Below are positions 48,679-56,692 of a DNA stretch of 56,692 bases, piece by piece. The notes beneath the pieces are model-generated. The model was not told the origin of the DNA and did not search any database. It saw only the letters and a program-made list of their open reading frames with translations. The position numbers and the translations under genes are program-made. Every line of letters begins with the position of its first letter. The first letter of the stretch is position 1. The stretch lies in IMG/VR virus record IMGVR_UViG_3300030331_004412, positions 1-56,692 of that record, one strand, 5' to 3'. The stretch comes from a virus. Taxonomy: Duplodnaviria; Caudoviricetes.

Positions 48679-48942
48679 TTACGGCCTATCAACCCTTACC
48701 CTAATAACAAATACATCTGGGTTGTCGGTGCTTACTAGGGTGTACTTAGTCCCCATGTAGTCATAGTATGACGTGTTGAGCACCATCTCGCGCTCAAAAT
48801 AAGACACAGGGTAAGCCCCATCCCAAACCGTTGGCACGATCAAGTCAAGATTGAATTTTTCAGGGTGTACAAAAACCTTTTTAGGAGTTGCACCACACCC
48901 AGTCAAAAACAAAATAGCCAATACTGTTTTGATAATCTTCAT
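48679..48942 (-). CDS. Putative lipoprotein
   Basis: MKIIKTVLAILFLTG/C lipobox; start moved to ATG 48942. Confidence 0.65.
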   Translation of the reverse strand: MKIIKTVLAILFLTGCGATPKKVFVHPEKFNLDLIVPTVWDGAYPVSYFEREMVLNTSYYDYMGTKYTLVSTDNPDVFVIRVRVDRP

Positions 48943-49012
48943 CAACACTAAACTATGCATGCACTTAAGTAGCTGCAAGCCAATGCCGTATAATGATTAT
49001 TATGGGGTAAAG

Positions 49013-49522
49013 TTAGTAGTGATTTAGATCCCTAAAGTACAGCTTCCTGCAGTCTGAGTGCTCTGGCCACTTATCATCCTCTTCAACCTCCCCTTTCTTG
49101 ACCACTCGTGCTGTATCCCAGTATTCTTTCTTGTCCATCCATCCAATGATCCAACCCCTCCACCCTGTGTCGGTGAGGTTTACCTGCGCGAACACGTAGG
49201 TATCACACTGCTGGTGACTTCCGCTTTCATTTATGTGGACGCTGTACTTGTCTCGGGGGTATATCCTCTTGCCTCTTCTCTTGGTCTTGACGTCAATGGT
49301 GTAGCTACCAGTTTGTCCCTTCCACCTAACAAAATCGTAGTCCTTGCAGTTCTCCCTTGTCAACCCACTCAAAAACTTCTCCGCCATCTCCTCCCCTAGG
49401 TACCCAGCAAACCTACTCTCTTCGCTCTCGTCAATTGTCCACCCGTTGTTTCCGTGTGTCTTTGTGTTTGACTCGGCTCTGCGAATCATGTCTTCAGTTA
49501 TCTCGACCTCGTGGTATTTCAT
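49013..49522 (-). CDS. PD-(D/E)XK restriction-endonuclease-like protein
   Basis: G.LGE......DYDF.......IDVKT...D.YVF. Confidence 0.55.
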   Translation of the reverse strand: MKYHEVEITEDMIRRAESNTKTHGNNGWTIDESEESRFAGYLGEEMAEKFLSGLTRENCKDYDFVRWKGQTGSYTIDVKTKRRGKRIYPRDKYSVHINESGSHQQCDTYVFAQVNLTDTGWRGWIIGWMDKKEYWDTARVVKKGEVEEDDKWPEHSDCRKLYFRDLNHY

Positions 49523-49730
49523 TGAACTCTCTGCATATGCTTTTGATTAGATCTAATTCTTCAAACATTTCTTTTCTCAAGGACATTAGCTTGTCCAAAA
49601 CCTCGTCGTAATTAGAGATGGGTTCTCCATCAGCATTGTGCAGGGACTCATACATTTCGTTTATCAATGCATGCACCCTCAAGCAACCTATGCTGTAGTA
49701 CTCACTAAGACTTTGCTTAGATCTCTCCAT
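49494..49730 (-). CDS. Hypothetical protein
   Basis: 78-aa helical ORF within the operon. Confidence 0.55.
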   Translation of the reverse strand: MERSKQSLSEYYSIGCLRVHALINEMYESLHNADGEPISNYDEVLDKLMSLRKEMFEELDLIKSICREFNEIPRGRDN

Positions 49731-50178
49731 TCTTTATTGACGTAAGGATTTCTTGAATGGCTTGATCGACCTGACCACTATTCTTCGCGAGGAATATAAT
49801 GGTTTTTGAATCTGTTCCCATCAGGTGTTGCATGAAAAGTTTCCATCTCATTGGAAAGTCATGGTGTGATGGGAGGTATCCTTTGGTCTCGATAATCCAA
49901 TCGTGATCCCTACCTACAAAGTCTGGCTTGTATGTAATCGGACGAATCAAAGAGTTGGACCTGTCTGCCATCTCTTTGCCCTTAGCGGTCATCTTGAAGT
50001 ACTTGTTTTTGAACCTGAACTTGTCCATCAGCACGTACTGATGTTCCTCATAGTCAAAAGCTAGCCCGTATTGCTTGAGTTGATCCGCACAATACTTTTC
50101 AAGAGAAGAAGCATATCGGCCCAGCTGCTTCTTACGAGCGCTGGACCTCTTTTTTGTTGTCTTCCTCTGTCTCTTCAT
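49717..50178 (-). CDS. T7 endonuclease I-like Holliday junction resolvase
   Basis: Y.S.LE...A..L......YE...TYKPDF....IIETKG. Confidence 0.75.
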   Translation of the reverse strand: MKRQRKTTKKRSSARKKQLGRYASSLEKYCADQLKQYGLAFDYEEHQYVLMDKFRFKNKYFKMTAKGKEMADRSNSLIRPITYKPDFVGRDHDWIIETKGYLPSHHDFPMRWKLFMQHLMGTDSKTIIFLAKNSGQVDQAIQEILTSIKNGEI

Positions 50179-50182
50179 CTAT

Positions 50183-50190
50183 CGAAGGTA
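50183..50190 (-). promoter_or_regulatory. -7 promoter variant (TACCTTCG)
   Basis: One mismatch to TAnnTTTG, 4 nt before ATG 50178 on the minus strand. Confidence 0.45.
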
Positions 50191-50209
50191 TCAAAGGAAG
50201 TTTTAGAAA

Positions 50210-52015
50210 TCAAGGCAGTGTGGAAAGGAAGTCGTCATTGATCGGCATCTGCACAGCCTCCTCAAAAACAAACGTGTTGAAGAACGCGCTCTTTCCAATC
50301 CTTGTGTTGAAGCCTGTGTGTGACAAATTCATGACAAGATAGTACGGGTCTTCCAGCGGTGTTGGCGACCCTCCCGTCTCTACCTCTCGGACTTTTCTTA
50401 TATGCAATTCACTCATCCTGCGTATGTTAGGGTCCATTGCTTGAACCTTTCGATGAATAGTGATGAAGCAATCTGCCCTGTTCACAAACTTTCCCCCACC
50501 CTCTGTGTCCTCCGCGTATGGGGCCACGGGCAATCCATCATCTCCTTTGCGTCGCTGCGCTTCTGTCACGGCGTGCATGTTGAGCCACACTGCCACATCA
50601 TGCGCCTTGCTGAACGTCAAAAGCTCTGACGCTGCCTCATAGTGATACTCATGAGACGAAACTCCTTTGCCCCCCATGTCCAGCTTCAGGCTGTTGTATG
50701 GGTCTATGAACATGGCGTCAACCTCCTGCTGCCTCATGATCTTCTCCATGAACACAATCAAATCGCTGTAGCTGTAGACCTGATTGTTGTTGATGACGGT
50801 GAAGTGATCCTGCACCCAGCTGTATGATTTCTTTCTTTCCCCATATGTCATGCTGGACACAGGCTTGTCCAACAAGAACTGCATGATTGTCATCTTGATT
50901 GTGGCTGTCTTGTTTTCAGACGAGTACAGCACCCACCGCCACCCATGTCTGATCGCAGAGTTCGTGATGAGATACAGCATCGTTGTGGTCTTGCCAACAT
51001 TTGAGTGTCCGTTGACAATCACAAACTCCTTCTTGTACCTGAAGTGCTTATCAAACAAAGGCTCTCCTGTGTCCAAGCCTATCTCAACCTTTCCTTTAGA
51101 GTAATCATCAATCCATCGGAAGTCTTCGTCACCCGAGGATATGAAAGACATGTCTCCGTCGTTGAGCCTGAGTTCCCGTTGAGCCGACTTCTCATTGTCA
51201 ATCAAATCTTTGATGGGCATCCCCTTCCCGTTCTCTACCCCATCCATGATCGTTTTCATGGCATGCTCCTCAGACTCGATATCCCTTTTGCATATCTCCC
51301 TGAACAAAACGCGGACAGCCTCGTCCTGTTCCATCCTACCAGCAGCTATGTACCCGCCGCACAGCCTTGATGCCTTGACCAGCATGCTGTGCTTCTCCCC
51401 ATCCTCCGCGTTGCGGATCATGCGAGCGGCTAGGTTGAGCTTCATGTAGTCGGTGTACTTGTAGCTCTCGTTGGAGGGGACCTGAGCTTCAGCCATCTCT
51501 GTTGTGAAGTGGCCAAACTTTTTGCAATCATCCTTGATGATGATGTCTGGGTCGTGTGACTCAAAGCAAGCTCTCGACTCGTTGATCCCTGACTCGTCTA
51601 GCTCTAGCCCATGGGTCCTGTCAAAGTATTTGACCAGTGCCCTGAAGTGATCCCTGTGCCGTTCTGGATTGGTAATCTTCACCAGCGCCTTGACACCAGT
51701 TCCACTAGGCGAGGTCCAGCATGAGTAAACGTAGTCGTCTGTAGCCAAAGACCTTTTGGTGGAGTCTACATCAACGTGGTCAAAGTCCAACACAATCAAT
51801 CCCGAGTGCTCAAACAGAGCGTCGTCGTTTCTAGACGAAAACTCCCCGCTGAAACAAACAACGGGGAGCTCTTTCTTTTTGTCTTTGTTGCCTGACCTTA
51901 TGCTGTCAATCTTCGTACTCGACTTTCCATTCTGAATGCGTTGTAGTGCGGTTGTCAGGTGGAGGTGGTGTGGATTCTCCTTGTCGAATACGTCTTTGAA
52001 TATCGTTACTTTCAT
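50210..52015 (-). CDS. Primase-helicase (BT4734/VirE-N-like domain plus DnaB-like helicase)
   Basis: K..LP..FSG.F..R....HSG.I.LDFD, SPSG.GVK, RACFES.DP; GHSNVGKT Walker A, FIDPYN, I.KVR. Confidence 0.85.
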   Translation of the reverse strand: MKVTIFKDVFDKENPHHLHLTTALQRIQNGKSSTKIDSIRSGNKDKKKELPVVCFSGEFSSRNDDALFEHSGLIVLDFDHVDVDSTKRSLATDDYVYSCWTSPSGTGVKALVKITNPERHRDHFRALVKYFDRTHGLELDESGINESRACFESHDPDIIIKDDCKKFGHFTTEMAEAQVPSNESYKYTDYMKLNLAARMIRNAEDGEKHSMLVKASRLCGGYIAAGRMEQDEAVRVLFREICKRDIESEEHAMKTIMDGVENGKGMPIKDLIDNEKSAQRELRLNDGDMSFISSGDEDFRWIDDYSKGKVEIGLDTGEPLFDKHFRYKKEFVIVNGHSNVGKTTTMLYLITNSAIRHGWRWVLYSSENKTATIKMTIMQFLLDKPVSSMTYGERKKSYSWVQDHFTVINNNQVYSYSDLIVFMEKIMRQQEVDAMFIDPYNSLKLDMGGKGVSSHEYHYEAASELLTFSKAHDVAVWLNMHAVTEAQRRKGDDGLPVAPYAEDTEGGGKFVNRADCFITIHRKVQAMDPNIRRMSELHIRKVREVETGGSPTPLEDPYYLVMNLSHTGFNTRIGKSAFFNTFVFEEAVQMPINDDFLSTLP

Positions 52016-52268
52016 TGTCTTTTGCGATCATAAGGAGGATCAGGTAGCCAGCCAGATCTTGCAGAGTATCCTCTGTATCGTCGATGTAGCCCGCGTTCAT
52101 GATCCGCTTCAACTTGTCATCAATCCTAGCCTTTATGCTAGTGACAGCATTGCATTTAGAAAATACGTTCAGGGGTTCAAGAGCCGCGTCCCCATAGCGT
52201 GCGTTCTTGTTGAGAAGTAGGTTCTCAATCTTCTTGCACTTACTTTTTATCTTGCTCCTTGTGTTCAT
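51906..52268 (-). CDS. Nucleotide-modification-associated domain (DUF1599/Nmad1-like) protein
   Basis: LL.KN..YGD......RIDDKL.RI.....EDTL.DL.GY.IL. Confidence 0.7.
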   Translation of the reverse strand: MNTRSKIKSKCKKIENLLLNKNARYGDAALEPLNVFSKCNAVTSIKARIDDKLKRIMNAGYIDDTEDTLQDLAGYLILLMIAKDNESNDIQRRIRQGESTPPPPDNRTTTHSEWKVEYED

Positions 52269-52527
52269 TCAACGTGAGATTAGATGTGCCCACAACTTTG
52301 GTGGAAAGTACTTCCCTGATAATGATATGCTTGTCTGACTTTGCATTCTTGCCGTAAAGCTCTTGCTCAAGGCGATGCATTGTTTTGTAATCGTGTCTTG
52401 TGATGTCGCTAGGGTTGCGAAACACAGACACTACCCACACGACTCGCTCGTGCACGACCTTGCGTTTTTTGAAGGCGACACGAGCGGTCATGTAGTAGAT
52501 AGGGGCTCCCTTAGAAAGGGAGGTCAT
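52240..52527 (-). CDS. Hypothetical protein (start 52527 or 52491)
   Basis: 3' part of the 136-aa ORF; its 5' part lies inside the SSB gene. Confidence 0.5.
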   Translation of the reverse strand: MTSLSKGAPIYYMTARVAFKKRKVVHERVVWVVSVFRNPSDITRHDYKTMHRLEQELYGKNAKSDKHIIIREVLSTKVVGTSNLTLNEHKEQDKK

Positions 52528-52810
52528 CGGTCGCTGCCGCTGCTTGCTTTGCTGCTCGCTTATCCTTTGCCGCTTGGCTGTTTGGATCGAACACTCGGCA
52601 GCATGCCTTGCCGCTCTTGGACATGAACATGGTGACATACAAGTTGCCACCCTGCCCTTGCTCGTTGCGCTTGGTTGCGTACTTCTGGATCATTTCCTGA
52701 AGCTCTGTGTCTTTAAATCGGACACTCCAAGACATCAACTGCCCGTCATCATTGTGACGAGGCTCTTCGGCGTACCCTACGAGTACTGAATCATATTGCT
52801 TTTCGCTCAT
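52511..52810 (-). CDS. Putative single-stranded DNA-binding protein
   Basis: 99 aa ending DDLPF; next to the exonuclease and annealing genes. Confidence 0.6.
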   Translation of the reverse strand: MSEKQYDSVLVGYAEEPRHNDDGQLMSWSVRFKDTELQEMIQKYATKRNEQGQGGNLYVTMFMSKSGKACCRVFDPNSQAAKDKRAAKQAAAATDDLPF

Positions 52811-52868
52811 TAGTAAAATAGATTAAATAAAAATTGGTCTACGGTATAGATGATTATGCCGATGAGGG

Positions 52869-52876
52869 CAAACTTA
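52869..52876 (-). promoter_or_regulatory. Bacteroidota -7 promoter element (TAAGTTTG)
   Basis: TAnnTTTG on the minus strand, intergenic, upstream of the SSB gene. Confidence 0.5.
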
Positions 52877-52882
52877 CGGAGT

Positions 52883-53647
52883 TTACACCACAAATTCTGC
52901 ATAATGCTTCTCAGTTTTTTGATTGGTTCTCAGCCAAGTCTGTATGTTTTCTACTGCCTGATGGTATTTCATCTCCCCTGAAAACAGGGTTTCTTCTGAG
53001 CACTTAACGTCCGCAGGATAGAACGGGTATGCCTTCTCCTGAACCAACCACCAGAACTCTTTTATGCCAAAGACCTTTGTGTAGATATACGCTTGAATGT
53101 CATAGCTGAATGACCGCACGTCATACCTGAACTTTTCAATGGATCGGGATGACTTCGAGTCAATGATGCTGTCGTCTTGAAGGCAATCAAGATACCCTTT
53201 CAGTGGCACGCCATCAAGGTCTACGTTGAACTCAACCTGATACTTGCCTCCCGCGAACCTCTTGTCGTACAGCCCGCAGTCCTTGAGTCTCTGAATCATC
53301 TCGTGCGCCTTCTGCCAGTCCTCCATGGACACTAGCTCTTTGGCTTCAGCTTTCTCTGCTTGCTCAGCTTTCCATTCTTTGTACTTCTTCGTGGCTCTAG
53401 GATTTCGTCCACCGATGTCATCGACAACCAAGCTATCGTCAAGAGGAAAATATAAGTCATGGGCTTTTTCAGGTTCAAATAGAAGCATGTCATACAGCGA
53501 CCCAAAGAACAGAGCTTCGGATTCGCGCTTGAGTTCGCCCTTCATGTACATCTCCCAGAGACGCATGTCTCCGAGTGCATACTTGAGTGACGAGTAGGAC
53601 AGGTGAGGCTTCCCCACACGATCCTGTAATTGTTCTCTCATTGTCAT
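52883..53647 (-). CDS. RecE/exonuclease VIII-like PD-(D/E)XK nuclease (DUF3799-like)
   Basis: LSYSSLK, FGS.Y..LL.EP, KG.LD.L....IID.K, Y..QA.IY. Confidence 0.8.
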   Translation of the reverse strand: MTMREQLQDRVGKPHLSYSSLKYALGDMRLWEMYMKGELKRESEALFFGSLYDMLLFEPEKAHDLYFPLDDSLVVDDIGGRNPRATKKYKEWKAEQAEKAEAKELVSMEDWQKAHEMIQRLKDCGLYDKRFAGGKYQVEFNVDLDGVPLKGYLDCLQDDSIIDSKSSRSIEKFRYDVRSFSYDIQAYIYTKVFGIKEFWWLVQEKAYPFYPADVKCSEETLFSGEMKYHQAVENIQTWLRTNQKTEKHYAEFVV

Positions 53648-53940
53648 TTTTTCTTCAGGATATACTGGGGCTCCCGCCCGTTTTTAATTAGCAACATATC
53701 GACAGCCTTCAGGGCATCTCGCTCAGTCATGTAGATTCTATCGAGCTTCTCGTGGTTCACCTCCTTGCGGACATGCCAGCACTCGGCGTCATCTGCACTG
53801 CACTTGTAAATGCCTTTATCGACTTTCGTTTTCTGCACCAAGTTCCAAGGGATAAACTTCTTTGTGTTTCCCCCAGTCTTGTTCGGAACAAGCAACCCCC
53901 TGTTGTTGCAGGTGATTACGTCTTTATTTTCTTTCACCAA
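53644..53940 (-). CDS. Hypothetical protein, possible AP2-like DNA-binding C-terminus
   Basis: KGIY.....W......TERDA.KAVD. Confidence 0.45.
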   Translation of the reverse strand: MVKENKDVITCNNRGLLVPNKTGGNTKKFIPWNLVQKTKVDKGIYKCSADDAECWHVRKEVNHEKLDRIYMTERDALKAVDMLLIKNGREPQYILKKK

Positions 53941-54227
53941 AATGTTGTATCTACAAAGTCATCCAAGTATGCTGCATCAGTTTCACCGCAGTGCTTGCAG
54001 GTAATAGCAATGGTTTGAGACACATCAGCATTTTGTATCTTCAAGCATCTGCTACACTGAACAGCTTGAATCTCTGGTTCAATAACTTCCTCCTCAACCT
54101 CTTCAACTTCAACAACTTTTTTTCTTGGTATGGCTATTGTTTTGTAGTTGTCTTTGCCAAAGATTTTCTGTAAGTCTTCGTCACTGAACAGCGACTTGAA
54201 TGGCTTGCCGTCTATCAAATTGCTCAA
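53934..54227 (-). CDS. Zinc-ribbon protein
   Basis: CSRC...CKHCG. Confidence 0.55.
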   Translation of the reverse strand: MSNLIDGKPFKSLFSDEDLQKIFGKDNYKTIAIPRKKVVEVEEVEEEVIEPEIQAVQCSRCLKIQNADVSQTIAITCKHCGETDAAYLDDFVDTTFW

Positions 54228-54778
54228 CGAACAAACTTCTTGAGACCCGCCTTTTGCTTGTCTGTGAGTTGATCCCCGTACTTCTTCAAGATGCTGTCGT
54301 ATGCTTTCTGCTTGTCTGTCTGCGTCTTGATGTACCCCACAGCCTTGTCCATGATGTTCTCTACAGGTGCATCAAGAGCTTGAGAAAGCTTTTGCACATG
54401 CGGATTGTCTACCATCTCCTGCTGTTTGGCAATGGCTTCTTCCATCTCATTCGCTGATGCAATTGATGTGTCGATTCCAATCCCGAGCATAGCAAGGGCG
54501 CGTCCGACTGCGGAGGTCTCACAGTTCTCGACATAGCTTGTCTTGTTGATGTTGGATGAACCGCGCACCTCGTGTGCATGGCCTTGAGCGATGACGTCCC
54601 CTTCATCGTTCACAATGGTGCATTTGCACAGGCACTGCTCCGAGTCAATCATAGGAAACTCTGTGCGGATACCCCAAAGGTTGTACTTGTCTTCCTGACG
54701 AAAGAACTTGATGCGCTCGTTGACTTCAACGTACGCTTTGCCACGGATGTTCGTGGTCTTGAACTTGTAATTAGACAT
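54224..54778 (-). CDS. Putative ssDNA-annealing recombinase (Rad52/Sak-like)
   Basis: GK.YV.V.ERI..F, G.A.E..GSS.IN.TS..ENCETSAVGRAL..LG.G. Confidence 0.6.
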   Translation of the reverse strand: MSNYKFKTTNIRGKAYVEVNERIKFFRQEDKYNLWGIRTEFPMIDSEQCLCKCTIVNDEGDVIAQGHAHEVRGSSNINKTSYVENCETSAVGRALAMLGIGIDTSIASANEMEEAIAKQQEMVDNPHVQKLSQALDAPVENIMDKAVGYIKTQTDKQKAYDSILKKYGDQLTDKQKAGLKKFVR

Positions 54779-54792
54779 GAATTAAAAATTGA

Positions 54793-55260
54793 TTACTTGA
54801 TCTCTTCTGATCTCGCATGGCGAAGATACAGCTCCTGTTCTCTTGTGTCCAAATCATTGATGAGTTTTTCTTTGATTTCCTCGGCCCATCGGATGATTTC
54901 ATTGAGGTTTTTTAGTTGTGTTCTTGCTGTCATATATGTTTGTGTCATTGGTTCGTGTCCTAGCGCATCAGCAACCTCAACAGCACATTGAAGTGCAGTC
55001 GAGAAGTACATCCTGTACTCTGGTGACCACCTGAAATAGCTCTCGTGCTGCTTTGTGTAGTGCACTATGGAGCTGTGGTCCATCCCCATCACCTTGCCTA
55101 TTACCATGACGGAAGCGAATGGCTTGACTCCGTTTGCTAGTGCCGCCTTGTGCTCAACGTTGTGTCTTTTCCTACTGTTTGTAATCTTGTAGTGCATACG
55201 TTTTTGATACAGCTTCATGGCCTGCGATACGAAGTCAATTCTTTTGTTACCCGTTTCCAT
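54793..55260 (-). CDS. DnaA C-terminal (domain IV)-like HTH protein
   Basis: SRKR..V.......IGK.MG.DHSSIVH matches the DnaA-IV signature IG..F..RDHTTV.H. Confidence 0.6.
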   Translation of the reverse strand: METGNKRIDFVSQAMKLYQKRMHYKITNSRKRHNVEHKAALANGVKPFASVMVIGKVMGMDHSSIVHYTKQHESYFRWSPEYRMYFSTALQCAVEVADALGHEPMTQTYMTARTQLKNLNEIIRWAEEIKEKLINDLDTREQELYLRHARSEEIK

Positions 55261-55630
55261 TCACTCTGTCTTTGATGTACTCGAATATGGATAGGTAGTG
55301 CGCGATGATGCGTGCTCCTCGAACATGGTTTTCGTTTACCACCTTGATCACCTTGGAGTACGGGACAGGCTTCTGCTCGTGCTCGATGCCTAGCTGCAGC
55401 ATGTCCTCCTCCATGTCCTTCATGCAGACTATCTCCTCAACCTGTTCTTCCATCGTCTCTGTGATTGCTTCTATCAGGTCCATCACAATGTGAGATGGCC
55501 TGCGGTCAAGGAAAGAGTGCGTGTCCATTATCTCTAGGTCGGACATCACCATGCTTCTAGCCGCGTGTATTACCTCGTCTTGCTCAACGACGTCGTCGTC
55601 GGGTTGCCATTCGAGAATGTGTTGTATCAT
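55247..55630 (-). CDS. Hypothetical protein
   Basis: 127-aa ORF overlapping both neighbours. Confidence 0.55.
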   Translation of the reverse strand: MIQHILEWQPDDDVVEQDEVIHAARSMVMSDLEIMDTHSFLDRRPSHIVMDLIEAITETMEEQVEEIVCMKDMEEDMLQLGIEHEQKPVPYSKVIKVVNENHVRGARIIAHYLSIFEYIKDRVNGNG

Positions 55631-55995
55631 GCTTGACGTTTTACATAGATGTTTTGTGGGGCCTTGTCAAAGAATGCCAGCAGTGCAGGGCATAGCCAAA
55701 ACTCAAAGCCATTGCCTTGTGGGTATTGCTTGAAGTACTCTACGTTGTAGAAGTGTCCATCGTACCCATCGCCCCTGTTCAGTGCGACATGCAGGTCATA
55801 CTCAGGGATAGGTGTAGCACCGAACACGATGTTGCAGGTGTCCTTGGATTGGTCCATGGCAAACCCGCTCATGAAGTCAAATACAACGTCAGCTCCTGCC
55901 ACGAAGGGTTCTTCTCTGATGTCTCGACTTTCGTCATCGAACATCCATGTGTTGTTCTTTCGGTATGCGTTTAGGTTGAAGAGTGCGTTAGCCAT
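55627..55995 (-). CDS. DUF6717-like hypothetical protein
   Basis: W.FDD......EPFV.GAD...WLCPAL..FF..AP..IY. Confidence 0.7.
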   Translation of the reverse strand: MANALFNLNAYRKNNTWMFDDESRDIREEPFVAGADVVFDFMSGFAMDQSKDTCNIVFGATPIPEYDLHVALNRGDGYDGHFYNVEYFKQYPQGNGFEFWLCPALLAFFDKAPQNIYVKRQA

Positions 55996-56383
55996 AGATG
56001 GTTTTGTTTTTAGTTGTCATTTTCAAAAATTCTTGGTTGTCTACATTCGTGTCGTCGTCTGTAAACCAGTAGGGATTCTTACGAGGGTTGTACTTGTATT
56101 GCGTCAACCCGTCCGTGTCTGTGAGATTTGACGATGGGGATTTCAAGTAGTTGATGTCTACCATGTCGCAGTCCACCCAAGCACAAACAGTTTTGTTTGA
56201 GCCCTCAAAGATTCTCCGAGCAGTCGATGGTTGATTGCCAAGCTTTGCTTTGTACATGACAATCTCCACTTTCTCGGGATCATAGTACTCTCTGTGTGTT
56301 CCGTTGTGCCTGTCTGTAACCTGCCACTTCTTGTAGTTAACACCTTTCCCAAGGTGAAACCTTACCCTGAATCTCTTTTTCAT
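55988..56383 (-). CDS. Hypothetical phage protein
   Basis: VRFHL..G.NY.KWQ...I..G.NKTVCAW...YNPRK.P.W. Confidence 0.65.
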   Translation of the reverse strand: MKKRFRVRFHLGKGVNYKKWQVTDRHNGTHREYYDPEKVEIVMYKAKLGNQPSTARRIFEGSNKTVCAWVDCDMVDINYLKSPSSNLTDTDGLTQYKYNPRKNPYWFTDDDTNVDNQEFLKMTTKNKTIYG

Positions 56384-56682
56384 TTTGCTTGGTCATCGAC
56401 TCCGTGGATACGGCACTCGAACTTCTCGGCGGCACACAGGTTGCTGAGTGCGTCAGTGACGAACCCTTCGTCGTACCGCCCAAGCTTGCCACGCATCCAG
56501 TCAAGGTCAAGCTCGTCGTCGAGGTCAATTCGACGCTCGAATGTGACGTGAAAGTCACCGACGTATTCGCTTTCTTCGACGCGAACCTCGCTGCCTTCAA
56601 GCTCTGTACATGCGGCCTCTACCCCGTGTTGCACACCCTCACGGAAGATGGCGATAGCCACGGCCTTGGGGATGACGGGCAT
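56380..56682 (-). CDS. Hypothetical acidic protein (start near the window edge, uncertain)
   Basis: 100-aa ORF, ATGA-coupled to the next gene. Confidence 0.5.
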   Translation of the reverse strand: MPVIPKAVAIAIFREGVQHGVEAACTELEGSEVRVEESEYVGDFHVTFERRIDLDDELDLDWMRGKLGRYDEGFVTDALSNLCAAEKFECRIHGVDDQAK

Positions 56683-56692
56683 AGTAGGGGTG

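Noticed and set aside
52528-52650. N-terminal extension of the 136-aa ORF
   Set aside because: Lies inside the SSB gene in another frame; a later ATG is more plausible

Overview
Large part of a tailed dsDNA phage genome with podovirus, crAss-like (Crassvirales-related) architecture. The host is most likely an aquatic Bacteroidota/Flavobacteriia bacterium, inferred from TAnnTTTG promoters, a T9SS sorting domain, Q-rule signal peptides and a BT4734-type primase domain. The + strand (0.5-48.2 kb) carries lysis, fibre, packaging, head, tail and ejection genes: SLT, M15 peptidase, GroES-like protein, TerS/HNH/tRNA-Arg(UCU)/TerL, portal, scaffold, major capsid, tail rings, a 2410-aa tail protein, an LPD38 protein and a holin. 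The - strand (48.2-56.7 kb) carries replication and recombination genes: Endo I-like resolvase, primase-helicase, SSB, RecE-like exonuclease, annealing protein and a DnaA-C-like HTH. No DNA or RNA polymerase, integrase or CRISPR array was recognised. The most striking item is a tightly packed cell-envelope module after the holin: a Cys-rich secreted protein with a type IX secretion (T9SS) C-terminal sorting domain, an outer-membrane beta-barrel, a membrane coiled-coil protein and an exported CxxC-less thioredoxin fold, with a dockerin/EF-hand micro-protein and a lipoprotein on the opposite strand. Also notable are promoters placed 4-5 nt before start codons (probable leaderless mRNAs), a shared hydrophobic-x-x-G-G motif in putative capsid-internal proteins, and an apparently split tail gene. 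All family calls come from motif recognition by eye, not database searches.
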